A DNA stretch of 63,452 bases, the filler included, from Rhabdomonas costata (lineage: Eukaryota): the NCBI GenBank assembly GCA_019059605.1. It is 42 parts of 42 records of this genome, joined end to end, with 100 filler letters (N's around TTAATTAATTAA, not from the genome) between each part and the next. Parts side by side here need not be neighbours in the genome. Positions count along the whole stretch, not along the records: positions 12,113 to 13,526 come from JAHMHO010016622.1; positions 13,627 to 15,040 come from JAHMHO010016623.1; positions 15,141 to 16,556 come from JAHMHO010016624.1; positions 16,657 to 18,070 come from JAHMHO010016625.1; positions 18,171 to 19,584 come from JAHMHO010016626.1; positions 19,685 to 21,098 come from JAHMHO010016627.1; positions 21,199 to 22,612 come from JAHMHO010016628.1; positions 22,713 to 24,126 come from JAHMHO010016629.1; 34 more parts are not named here. One strand, written 5' to 3'. Positions 13,401 through 26,055 of this stretch are shown here, one piece after another. Made by a program: the position numbers and the translations under genes. Position 1 is the stretch's first letter, and every line of letters starts with the position of its first letter. Under the pieces are notes generated by a model. It made no database searches. It was not told the origin of the DNA and saw nothing but the letters and a program-made list of their open reading frames with translations.

Positions 13401-14411
13401 GGTTCCCGCCCCAGCGTGGCTGCACCACGCCGCTGCACCACGCCGAGGGCCCTAAAGGCCCCTAAACTAATGCTGTCCTACACGTCCTCCCACGTTCATT
13501 TCCGGTCGACTTTTTAGATCCCAAAANNNNNNNNNNNNNNNNNNNNNNNNNNNNNNNNNNNNNNNNNNNNTTAATTAATTAANNNNNNNNNNNNNNNNNN
13601 NNNNNNNNNNNNNNNNNNNNNNNNNNTTTTGTGGTGAAGCAAACATGGAAAAACGCATGTCCACGAGAAGGGTGAAGGGGGCAGAAACAGCAGTTTCGTT
13701 TCAGCAGTTAATATCATAATCAGCTTAACGACACCCAACAACATTAGCTAGAAAAGCATTCCAGCGATAGTAAGGTAGCGAGGGTAGCAAGTCTATCTTT
13801 CATGCCCTAACACAGCTGCAGATGAACGGAACATAAATAAGTGTTTCGTTTGCCAGTGGCCAGTGGTTGCAATTTCATTCGTTTGATTCTTAGGTAGTTT
13901 CAATCAAATTTTTTTTCCAAATATTAGGGCTTTGAAGGCTTTAAACACGCTTCCACCGCATAATGGTTGCGGTTGCTGCCGAACATCGCCGCCACTACCG
14001 CCAGTCATTTCATCCCTGGATCCACTGGTCGCTCAAGTGTACGCTCATTTCGCGGCACACCCGATATCTTACACCGGATAACGTCCCTACTTTTTGTGTT
14101 TCCCATTCAACCGACAAGCAGAGGGCACGCACCCACCATGGCATGCACGTTGGCCTTCCCCGAGAGCAGGGCCACGACAACGGCACCAAAATCCCCACAC
14201 TCTGCAGGGGCCTTACAGATCAAAGAGAGACAACGGGGAGTAGGGGACCGAATATTTTTCTCCGAAAAAAAAGAGAAAAGATGCTAACATGAACCTTTCG
14301 AAGTCATATCAGAAAGTTCCGATTTCGCAGAAAAAACTAAAGTCTAGGATCGGCGATGCATTTCCGCTGCAGCGTCTGTGCGTGTGTGTGTGTGTCTGTG
14401 GGAAAACACGC

Positions 14412-14759
14412 CTCGCTCCGTTCCGAAGCGTACATCAACGGCGAGGTCTTGCCCTTGTCTGCTGTGTCCAGGTTGGCCTTGCGGCGAATGAGCGTGAGAG
14501 AAAGCTCAGCTTGATCATTGAGAATGGCGTGCACCAGCGGAGACAGGCCATTGTTCCCAAGGAGGTTTGGGTCTGCCTTCAGCTCCAGAAGCTCTGCAGC
14601 AATCTTAGGTACTCCGCTGGTAATGGCGCAGATCAAAAGTGTCGTGTCCTACGGAATGTCGCGGGCGTCCAGGTCCAGGTCCAGAGGATTGCAAAGCACC
14701 CTCTCAACATACTCCACAGAGCCCATCTTCATGTAGTCGAGAAGAGTTGCTCTTTGAGA
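14412..14759 (-). CDS. Ankyrin-repeat exon containing one in-frame TAG (14651-14649)
   Basis: LDLDARDIP*DTTLLICAI...ADPNLLGNNGLSPLVHAI...ANLDTADKGKTSPLMYAS; flanked by tag| acceptor and a GC or GT donor. Confidence 0.75.
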
Positions 14760-14907
14760 CTATTGCGCATGGAATTGCTTTATGTTGGCCTGCTCCCCAC
14801 CGCTGCGGCAGCAGTGATTGCCAAAGTTTAAGAGCGATAGCTTCAATCATCCACTATTTTCTGTGTAAATGTAATCTGTGCCAATTTTGCTTCCAGCGAG
14901 TGAGTGA

Positions 14908-15036
14908 GTGAGCGGCAGTATTTCCATACGTAGTTAGACAAATTCGGGTCCCCTTCTTCCTGTGAAAGTGAACCCCAGGGGAAGAAAGAAGGGGACCCGA
15001 ATTTGTCTAACTACGTATGGAAATACTGCCGCTCAC
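14908..15036. repeat. 51-bp perfect inverted repeat at contig end (fold-back)
   Basis: 14908-14958 is the reverse complement of 14986-15036, followed immediately by a C/A tail and linker. Confidence 0.9.
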
Positions 15037-15175
15037 CCACNNNNNNNNNNNNNNNNNNNNNNNNNNNNNNNNNNNNNNNNNNNNTTAATTAATTAANNNN
15101 NNNNNNNNNNNNNNNNNNNNNNNNNNNNNNNNNNNNNNNNACTCAACCCCAGTCAACCAGCGCGCAATGCGCCCA

Positions 15176-15206
<31 letters not shown>

Positions 15207-16689
15207 TGAGGTCGCTGTGTGTCATATTGCCCATTTTAGGGCTGGAACCGAGTGCTAGGCTGGCTGGACCAGAGGATTCCAAAGTGCCCCTTTACCCGGA
15301 ACCCCTCAAGGCCCCAAGACCCGTCTATGTGGGGCTCCCCACACACACAAGTGGGGGTGTACAATGGGCTGCACAATGTTGCTGATGTGAGGCGGCAGCT
15401 TGGCTAGATAGGGCCACGTGAAATCCCCGACTTTGCGGCCTATTGGCCCTGTGGGGCGGCCTACAGCCCGGCTCGACCATAGCATACCAGGGTACCCCTA
15501 AACCCGGAACCCCTCAAAGCCCCATGAGCTGCTATTGAGGGGACAACCCCACAAGTGGGTGCGGGCTGTACACTCGTACAGGTGTGGTGCTGTGCCACCT
15601 GAAGGATCCGTTTGCATTGGGGCTCAGTAGGTCATATACTATATTGGCCGTGACCTATTGGCGGCATATGCGGTAGCTTCAAGGGTGTAGCGGTGCACTG
15701 TACCAAGAGTTACGCGGGATGTGGCGAAGCCTGGACGTGTCTGGTGCGAGGTCCCTCCGAGGCTCGATTCCCGTAGGGGCCGGTACGGAAGTTCCTAGAC
15801 CTCCTATTTGGCATGTTCTATGCAGCTCCCTTTACTCCTTGTTTTTGTGTGCTGCCAGACCGAATGCAAGTAATGCTGAAACTGACCGTTTCTCCTGGGC
15901 AGGTTTTCATCTCTCGCGCGCGACCTCCGTTTTCTGTCAAATTTTTGTGTAAGTACCATTTGGAAATTTTGGTTTTTGGGAACTCTGTTCTTTCTTTGGT
16001 TTCCTGCTCCCTATGCTTTCGTCATGGGACACGGGGTGGCGGGGTCTTAGTTCAAAGGTTGGAGGCGCGGATATTCGATGATGAACGCGGTTCAAGTCCA
16101 CGCATGCGGAGGACCTTCTGCGATGAAGTATAGTATTCTGCGCCACCGCGTCACTCTTACGGCTTTTGACGGAATTCGCATTACAGGAAGTCTTTCTTGT
16201 CGTTCTTCTGTTCACCACACACAAACATTACCACATGATTTATTACCCGTCGATTTGTCACCACCCGTTTCGTTACATTGGTGTCCGTCTTTCTTTCCTT
16301 TAATGCATTGAACGACTTTCATTACGGTTTCATTATATATTGCACGGCTTGGCCTGCGCAGGTTCGAAAAAGTGGAGTGTCCCGCTGTTCAGAAAAAGCA
16401 GGTGTGCACGTTTTGTGCAGCACACTGACCGCCTCTGTCGCCCACTCTGTCACACCAACATGCGACTTCTTTGTATCACCGTGCATTTCTTTTCCTGTTC
16501 GTTTCGCAAAGTCCAGTAGACGATTGACTACCAGTAAAGTTTTAACCCACCAACAANNNNNNNNNNNNNNNNNNNNNNNNNNNNNNNNNNNNNNNNNNNN
16601 TTAATTAATTAANNNNNNNNNNNNNNNNNNNNNNNNNNNNNNNNNNNNNNNNNNNNGGGTGTTTCTTTCGTCTGCCAGCGCGCCTCTCG

Positions 16690-16870
16690 TAGAAGCCACC
16701 CCTCTCTTAGATTGGGCCCTTTCGTGCTTCTGTGCTTCCGCTGCGGCGTATTGCCTTGAACCCTGGCAACACTTTTGTGGCCTTGGAGTTCTTACTTATA
16801 ATTGCGCCGCGCCCAAGGGTTCCCCACGGGGCCAAGGGTTCTTGTATCTTGATGATTGTGCAGCGACCGG
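16690..16870 (+). mobile_element. Possible decayed reverse-transcriptase fragment (DIRS-like)
   Basis: TPLLDWALSCF (cf. LPFGWxxSP) followed about 40 aa later by FLYLDD at 16839-16856; frame closes soon after. Confidence 0.3.
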
Positions 16871-18355
16871 CTTACCGAAGTAACGCCCTTGGCCACCCGC
16901 CCGCCCCATTGGCAAGCCGCCAGCGCAATGCAAAGGGTCCTTCTTTTGGCCCTATGTCGCCCGCCGGCGCCACACGACATACTATGACCACGCCGCCCAC
17001 CCTTTTTGGTTCTCGCATTGTTGTCCCAGTTTCCATAATGGGCATCGTTGTCCCCCGGCCTATTGCGTTCCAACCGCGGCCGTTCATATTGAACCTCATT
17101 GCCCGTGTCGATGGATTCATGCGGGAACAAAAGAGATTATGAGGAAAACCATCTCAGATGCGGTTTCTACTACGCAACCCCTGGCATGAATGACGCACAC
17201 CGTGAAAGTAAGTGCCACGTTCGCTTGCGTTTTTCTGCTTGTGCTTCCTGCTCTTCCTTCTGTTCATGCCTCTGCTTCCCCTGCTTCCCAAGAATACAAG
17301 CCTCCAATCCTTTAGGCTCATAAATCATACCTTATTATCCAACGTGCAACGTTTGAAGGCAATATGACACGGAATGCGTTGAGGTGCAGTTCTTGTTGGG
17401 TTTCCGGTACGTCAAACCCTGCAACAAAACAAACCCGAGGCCTTGTATACTATATGGGGTGCACATTGTATACGAGCACCATATTTATGCACATTTCCGT
17501 TTTATGGCAGCTTTCTACTGCAGTTTTCTTGCGTTTGCCATTCATGGGCATTTTTTGGTGTGCGTACCGTCTTTGCGCAGCGGATGCCTGTTTGACAGTT
17601 TCACATTGTTTCTTTGTAAGCATACTGTAGTGACAAAGTGTAGCAGTAAGGCACTGAGCTGCGACAAAGGCTTGGACAATGGTATTCTTTTGGATTGCAT
17701 TCAGTTTTTGGAGGTATGTGTTTTTTTTACATTTTATCACATTGGCAGTTTTGTTAAAATTTCGTCCTTTTTGGACGCAAAATTGCACGTGATAACACGC
17801 GTAGTAGACTGCTGATAGTACGATTCATACGGATATGAGGCATAAATATGCTATACGGCGTGTTGTGTGTATAGCATAGGCATTTACTATTTATACTGTA
17901 TATAATAGTATGCCAAAGTATACTATCCCTACCCAAGTATACAACATGCACTCCCTGTTCAGGATTCTTTGAGTTATCTTTTTGTTTCTGTGTTTGTTTG
18001 ATGAGGAATCCAAAAGGTGCTCGCAAATGGACTGAAAGGAAGCAAAAAAGCAACTCTTCCCGTTCGTTTCNNNNNNNNNNNNNNNNNNNNNNNNNNNNNN
18101 NNNNNNNNNNNNNNTTAATTAATTAANNNNNNNNNNNNNNNNNNNNNNNNNNNNNNNNNNNNNNNNNNNNGGTTTGTTTTGCATAAAGTGACAACTCGAA
18201 GGAAACTCGGAAAAACAAGAAAACGACGCAAGGAAAAAACACACCGAAGTCCTCTTTGAGGGATGGAAACCTCAAGGTTCTGTAACGCCTCCCATCAAGA
18301 ATGGCTTCGAGGTAAAAAGCACCGGCGCAGAGGGGAGTAGAGCGCGCGCGCTGGC

Positions 18356-19167
<812 letters not shown>

Positions 19168-19304
19168 CTTGTGGTGTGTTGAGAAAAGGGAGGTCGCTTC
19201 TGCGCACACAGGCGTGGCTATACACGCTGACGCATGCCATGCTGAACTCTGCCCACAGCTCATACAGGCCATTGGAAACCGGAAACATGGATTAGAAGTT
19301 CGTA

Positions 19305-19576
19305 GTTGCCTACCGTAGTTACCAAAGTACACACTGAGTACTTTTTCCAGCGAAAACGCCATTACCAAATGCAGCAGCAGTGATGGCTCAAGTCAATGAG
19401 ATGCACTGTGGATGGTGCAGAGCTGCTTTGCATAAGCAACGGGTTGCTTCAGGGTTGATACAGTCCAGCACATGGCACAACCGCGAAAATAAACCAAAAA
19501 CAGAATGTTGGGCACCTTCCATCAGAACCGCTGGAAAAAGTACTCAGTGTGTACTTTGGTAACTACGGTAGGCAAC
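19305..19576. repeat. 48-bp perfect inverted repeat at contig end (fold-back)
   Basis: 19305-19352 is the reverse complement of 19529-19576, then acacaaac and linker. Confidence 0.9.
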
Positions 19577-19685
19577 ACACAAACNNNNNNNNNNNNNNNN
19601 NNNNNNNNNNNNNNNNNNNNNNNNNNNNTTAATTAATTAANNNNNNNNNNNNNNNNNNNNNNNNNNNNNNNNNNNNNNNNNNNNG

Positions 19686-20763
19686 TTGGTGGGGGCACGG
19701 GCAGGAGGGCTCCCAGCGGGCCACCCCGTGGTGCGGGCTGCGGGGATGCTGGGGCTGTGCCTGGCCAGCGGGCTACCCGCGGTGGTGTCGGGGCCTGCAC
19801 AGGGCGGCCGCACCACAGTGCTGTGCCACATCGTGGGAGGGCTGGACCCGGCATCCTTCGAGGCCCACCGCGTGCCCCTCACATCCACCACCAAGGTGTC
19901 CTGGGGGTTTGGGAGTGCCCCTGTCGATAATATGCTCTGCAGTTCTATCTTATTATGTTTTTTACTTTCAAGCAAAAAAGCAAGTCTGCCGAAGTATGGG
20001 TGAGTCTCCGGGCTGCACTGGGCAAAGCCTGTGCCCTGTAGCGTAGGTCAGGAGGCAGTGCTCGAACGTCTGCCCAGAAAGTGATTTCAACACAGCACGC
20101 CCGTGGTGAGTGCCCTTTGTCCCACTGCTGCAATTAATCCCGCGCGAAGAGAAAGCAACATGATGGCGCAGCGAGGCATGGCGAGAAAGGGGTTAAGCCC
20201 AACGGGCCACATTGATAGGGTGAGGGCTTTAAAAGGGGACCTCGGACTTCCTTAGAAAAAGTTCGAATATTATGCGGATGTGTGTGTGCTCGCAATCGTG
20301 TAATGCAGCGCGGACATCCAGTGCAAATGTATTGCCTGCATTGCATCAAATTTGCCTGGTTTTCCCAGTAAAAAGGTGTTGTGAAATGTTTGTTGACGTG
20401 CTTTTTTTTGAACAGCAGTTAATAACACACATCGGCACAGCTGCGCATTGAAAAGCCATAAAATAGCATGCATTTTTCGCGGTGGAACCCGATGAAGAGT
20501 TTCGCGAGTCTGCCTTATGGAAATTATAACCACGAACCTCCTTGCAAGTTCGATTTGTTTGAGGTTGGGGAGTCCTTGCAAGACTGTTTTCGGGTGCTTT
20601 TTCTCCAGTGTGTGGGGTGTTGTCGGTGAAGCACAATGGGGATTTGTCCTGGTATGCATTCTGTAGGCCACCTGGCTTCAGTCAGTGATGGCGCAGTGCA
20701 TGACCAAGCCCACGCCGAACCACCTGTGCCCTCCCTCAGGGAAGACCCTGGTGCTCGCTCTGG
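19686..20763 (+). CDS. Divergent dynein heavy-chain-like AAA3 region; exons <19686-19895 and 20667-20763
   Basis: Spliced: LPAVVSGPAQGGRTTVL...VPLTSTTK|ATWLQSVM...LCPPSGKTLVLAL(D) parallels DHC AAA3 'PvllvGPtGtGKS...FSaxTt...Q...gPPxgKxlvxfiDD'. Confidence 0.65.
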
Positions 20764-21021
20764 GTATGTACGCGTGGCTTTTCTCCCCTCCCCCCTGCAC
20801 ACTTTCTCTTCTCCCTGCTCCGTGATTTCTGTCTCCTCCGGTATTGTGACTTCAAATACATGCATCAGCAGTCTCAGCGTTTATTGAGTGGCATCCATCT
20901 GGAGTTGTGCTGGACTGCTCTTTGCCCTTTGGCTCAGCCTCCCGCAGAACTGAGTTGAGAAGCAAGTCTTCGCCCACTTCGCTCACACACAAATCAAAGT
21001 GGTATGGGTTCAAGGGGTCTA

Positions 21022-21093
21022 GGGGTGCAATTATCCTGACTCCTTGCCCGCACCTAAAAGTCAGCGGGAAAGGAGTCAGGATAATTGCACCCC
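21022..21093. repeat. 30-bp inverted repeat at contig end (fold-back)
   Basis: 21022-21051 versus 21064-21093, one mismatch. Confidence 0.85.
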
Positions 21094-21198
21094 CACACNN
21101 NNNNNNNNNNNNNNNNNNNNNNNNNNNNNNNNNNNNNNNNNNTTAATTAATTAANNNNNNNNNNNNNNNNNNNNNNNNNNNNNNNNNNNNNNNNNNNN

Positions 21199-22176
21199 GG
21201 GGGGTGGGCTGATGTCTGGTGGTTTGAGGAATGGCTTTGGCAGACCTGACTCGGAGTCCGGTGACGGCGAGGTGGGCTGAGCTTGCTCGAAGAGCAGCTC
21301 GTACACCATCACGGCCAGGGCCTTGCCTGGGACCAGGATACGGCCCAGCCGACGAAAAAAGAACTCCTTTGCCGCGCCCTCCATGGTGGCCTCTGATACC
21401 ATGACCGTCGTTCCGAAGACCTGCCCGCACACATGATTTTCAGGCATCCATCTCTCACACCCAGCCCACACTTTTCTGCGGGCTTGTCCAGGAGAGGCCG
21501 GCGGTCCACCGCTCACCTCATAGTGAGCGGAATCAATTGCGGCCTTTTGGTCCAAACCCATGTTCTGGATATCTATCATCTGAATTTCACTGTCAGGAAA
21601 GAAGCACTGCAGCTGCCCCACACACATCGATTACCCAATGATGATATTCTCCTTCTCGCTGATGATTCTCACCATCTCACTTAGGCGCTGACAGGCGGTT
21701 TTTTGTGTAACTTCTTAGGTTCTCAGGTGCGGGAACCAGTGCCGGAAGGGAAGGTGCAGGAAGGGGAGCGCACCTTGTTGGAAGCCTCCAGACGACTGGC
21801 AAGGTTCACTCCATCACCTACAATATACAGCCCCCATTATTTGATTGGTCAATGTTCAAAAAGAAGCATACCCATCACAAATCTATAACAATGCGGATTG
21901 CGATGTGAAAAACAGCCAACAAACACACATTGGCAATCATTCCGAATTATTCAGCAAATATCAACCAGTATTAACCAACAACACCTGTTGCTTTGCGTTT
22001 TGAAGTAGTTCGTGTCGTGGGGCACCCAAAGGTGCCATGCCAACTGTGAGAGCAGGACGATTTGCTGACAAAGGCAGCATACGCTGGGGAGCACACCGAG
22101 CGCAGTGTAGTTGAGGCGGTAGTCGCAGCCGTAGTTTCCGACCAGAACACGGGCGGTGTTGATTCCCGTCCGTACC
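21199..22176 (-). CDS. Class III adenylate/guanylate cyclase catalytic domain; exons 22176-22097, 21817-21774, 21420-<21199
   Basis: Spliced GT-AG: VRTGINTARVLVGNYGCDYRLNYTALG|DGVNLASRLEASNK|VFGTTVMVSEAT...LGRILVPGK...VYEL; canonical GDxVNxASRLE. Confidence 0.93.
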
Positions 22177-25100
22177 CTGCCAAATAGATAGGCAGATGGA
22201 TGGTGTGGCTGCCAACAGTTCTCAGGGTGAATAGGCACCTACCACCTGGCCCAGCCGAACAGCTTGTTTGCGGTTGGGATAAGATGAATGAATTAGGATC
22301 AATGAAAAGTTCCAGCAAATGGCTTTCTCAGCCTTTGAGAAAGTCAAACGGGCTCCACAATAGGACCAGCAGAGGAAGCTTCCGTACCGGTCCCCCGAGT
22401 TTTGGGGAATTTTGGGGCACCCCGGTTGCCCCCCCCCCTCTCTCTCTATCCGGCGCTATTAGAGCCCGGGGAGTGGTATCACTCCATCCCCACATTTGGG
22501 GCTCAAAACCTTTCAAAATGTCATAAATGAGCGTAGCAGCAGTCAAATGCCCGGAGGTTATCCGTAAAGGAAAGCAGGAGTGCCATCCCACGGCGCATAG
22601 ACCCCAACCACCNNNNNNNNNNNNNNNNNNNNNNNNNNNNNNNNNNNNNNNNNNNNTTAATTAATTAANNNNNNNNNNNNNNNNNNNNNNNNNNNNNNNN
22701 NNNNNNNNNNNNGGGGTGGTTGGGAAAGCAAGAAAAGAACCGGAGCTGGGTTTGAATGGAGTGAATGGAGTGGAATGAACGGCTGTCGGAGGAAGGAACA
22801 TCAAACACACGGGCAAGTAAGGGCGCCCGGCGCGAGCAATCCGGGGTACCCAAACGAAACGAAACGAAATGGGTCCACTTCGCCACATCGTCATGCTTGG
22901 GGTTAGTAGAGGCATGTTACATCTTACAACCAGTGTGATACTTTTGGACTTCAGCACCGCTCTGACTTCCTCGGGGTTGAATTTTACGACCGCCTAACAC
23001 CCGTTAGAGGGCACCCCCTCCCCCAACTGTGCATGCCCCCGCTTATGGGGTTAAAGGGGCATTTTAGGGGCAACGATCCACACCACCTCAGACACCGCTC
23101 AAATCCACGTAAAAACATCCTGCTTTTCTCGAAACGAAACGAAGTGAGGTTACGAACGTGGTGTAGTGTGGGGTTGTGTGGGTAATGTGCACGGCCCAGC
23201 CGAAAATGTCCTTCTGTGGTCTGCTCTCATTGCTCTTTTTCTCTCGAGTCCCCGGGTTTTGTCCCACCTTGGGCTATGAAATGGAAGTGGCCCGGGCTCC
23301 GACTCGAAGGCTAGGTGGTAGCACTCGCCAAACTTTTGGTCGGCGGCTGGGGGTTGTAGAGCACGGTTAAAGCTATGATTCGACCAAAATGACCCTTAAA
23401 AGAACGATTTCTAGGGTGAAATTGGCTTTTTAGAGGCCTCCTGCCAGTTCCGACGACATGGGTCCAAAATGGGGTGTCCGGTGTGAAAATCGACCTTCCG
23501 GAAATCGATCAACTTGAAGAAGAGCTGGAATGCGTGCCGGAAGGAGTGCCTGTGAGCTGGTCTATCCAGCAGATCAAGGTTTGTGTGTAACCGCCCCCCT
23601 CCCAACATTACCTCCGCCACCTGCCAAACCGATAAAATGTTAAGAACTGCTTTGCAAGACTCCACCACACATCGATACATCCAATCCAAATAATTCAGTT
23701 TAGCCATACCAAAAACTGAACTTCACACATAAAAAGAAAGCAGTCGGTTGAGTTCAAATGTCAGATGTCACACCTTCAAGTTGTGGATGCGCAAACGTCG
23801 TTGTGAGCGATTGCCCTAATCACGCCGACAGAAACAACAAAGACAAAGGATTCAAACCTGCGCTCCGCCGGAAAATTTCCGTCGAACTTGCTTGGAGCGT
23901 AACGGGCTGAGTTTCTTGGGGTGCTGCTGCCGCATCCGCACCCGGGCTTCTCGCCCAAGAATGCGAGGAGCAGAACGAATGGGCACAGTCCCGTGGAACG
24001 CCGGGACACAGCCCGCAACATGCAGCCGATCTAGCCGAGGATGTGGCTCACAGGGAAACATCACACCTTTGCAAAATGGCAAAGGACATCTATTCGCACT
24101 ACCTGAATCTCAGCATCCAACCACCCNNNNNNNNNNNNNNNNNNNNNNNNNNNNNNNNNNNNNNNNNNNNTTAATTAATTAANNNNNNNNNNNNNNNNNN
24201 NNNNNNNNNNNNNNNNNNNNNNNNNNTTTGTTTGTTCCGATTGGGAATTCCAGCCATCAGTCTATCTCTGGGACCTGTCATCCGGTCTTGCAATGTGCCA
24301 ACTTACCCTTTACCGGAGGAGTTGCAGCAGCCATGTTGTGGTGTCGGTCTCAGACGTACTGTTGCGCATGCCGTAGATGGTTTTTCGATTTGTCTCAGAT
24401 TCTGACGATATTTCCCTTGCATTCTTTTTTTTGCCTGTTCCTTTTGTTGTGTGTCATGAGCAAAGCTGAGGCTGCGGCTCACGCGGACCCGGAGAGTGAT
24501 CCGGAAGCCCTGGACACGGGCTCCGTAGACTGGGACGCAGAGTGGGGCACCGGCGTGGGCGAGTCCAGCGACCACAGCCCAGAGGTCTCCCACCACTGGG
24601 GTTCCACTGGAAGCGACATCTTCCGCTCTGCTGAGGCCGACGCAGGGCGGGCGGGCGCAACTTTAACGTCTTCGCGACTGCCGGTGCGCATTCTTGACCA
24701 GAAACTTTTCTTTGTGCTTTCTTTTTGATGCTCCACATTTCGAGACACTCCCCCCCCCCTGTCGCACGCCCTGAAATCTGGAAGCGATTGTATCTTTCGC
24801 GATCTTCTTGGCAGCATTTGGACATTTATACGTCTGATACGCGCAATCGGCCATTGGGCATTGAAACCCAGTTACCAAAGGAATAGATAAATGCCTGGGC
24901 CAGTTCCATCTGGGTTGATGGAGGGGATTTGCTTGAACGGAGTGGACTGACTACAATGTATATCCTCATAGCAGCCGCAGGGATCCTGCCCCGAAGTCGC
25001 TCCACTTTTTGCAAAGCTTTTATGCTAAAAGTGCTTTTTTTCCTTTGGAGGAGACGTTCAGGAATCCCTTTTCTCTGCAAACGTTATTATTCGTTCGTTT

Positions 25101-26055
25101 GCTCCTGCGCATTGTAAACAGTGCTAACATTTAGCAAGCCGCTCTCCAAATCGATCGATTCCGAGGCATTTGGAGACCAGTTGGAATTGACCTGTGTGCC
25201 TCTGACTCTGCCACGTTGGAAAAGGAAATCTCTTTGGGCGTCTTCGTAGCATTCCTCTGGGCCTGCTGCTGCTTCTGCTCGGCAGCCCAGCCTTGAGCAG
25301 GGCAGCGCCTCGTGCTGCGATCCCCGAAGAATCCCCCCGGTCTCCCAGGGGACCATCCTGGTGGTCTGTGGGTTACTGTGCGCCGCCCTGACCTGCACCT
25401 TAGCCTACGCCTGCGCCGTGGGGAACGACTTTGGCGCGGCTGCCGCTGGGGCCTACCTGTACCTTGCCGTGTTTTTCCTTACGCTGCAGGTCTTGCCTCT
25501 TCCCCCGGTGGGGATGGCCGCCAGCCCAGAGCTTCTCTCCCACCTGAGGACTCTGCACTACTGCGGGATCGTCGTTCTGCTGGCCCTTCTCCCACTTTCC
25601 GCGGGCGCCTCCGCGTACCGGGCGACCCAAAACCCCCACNNNNNNNNNNNNNNNNNNNNNNNNNNNNNNNNNNNNNNNNNNNNTTAATTAATTAANNNNN
25701 NNNNNNNNNNNNNNNNNNNNNNNNNNNNNNNNNNNNNNNTTTTTTGGGGGCAGTTGTATTTGGCGGGGGGGGGGGGTTAAACGCTTAACGCCCCGCCCCC
25801 CCCAAAAATACAATTGTCCCGATTTTTTTACCCTTCCTTTTTCGGCCCATTGAAAGTTTTGGACACCATCCAAGGCACAGGCCAGTGCGAGATGCCCAAG
25901 ATCCCCCCCCCGAAGGCTCCGAAGCAGAGGAAGTACTGGGCCCATTCAACGAGGAGAACCACGACGAGATCGAGAAGCTGTAAACATACGCCACACACAA
26001 CAGTGTTACAGGAATCGCAAGAGAAAGAGGTTGGGAAGAGAATGGACATCCACAC

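Noticed and set aside
15715..15783. Functional tRNA gene
   Set aside because: A/B-box-like motifs are present but acceptor and anticodon stems do not pair
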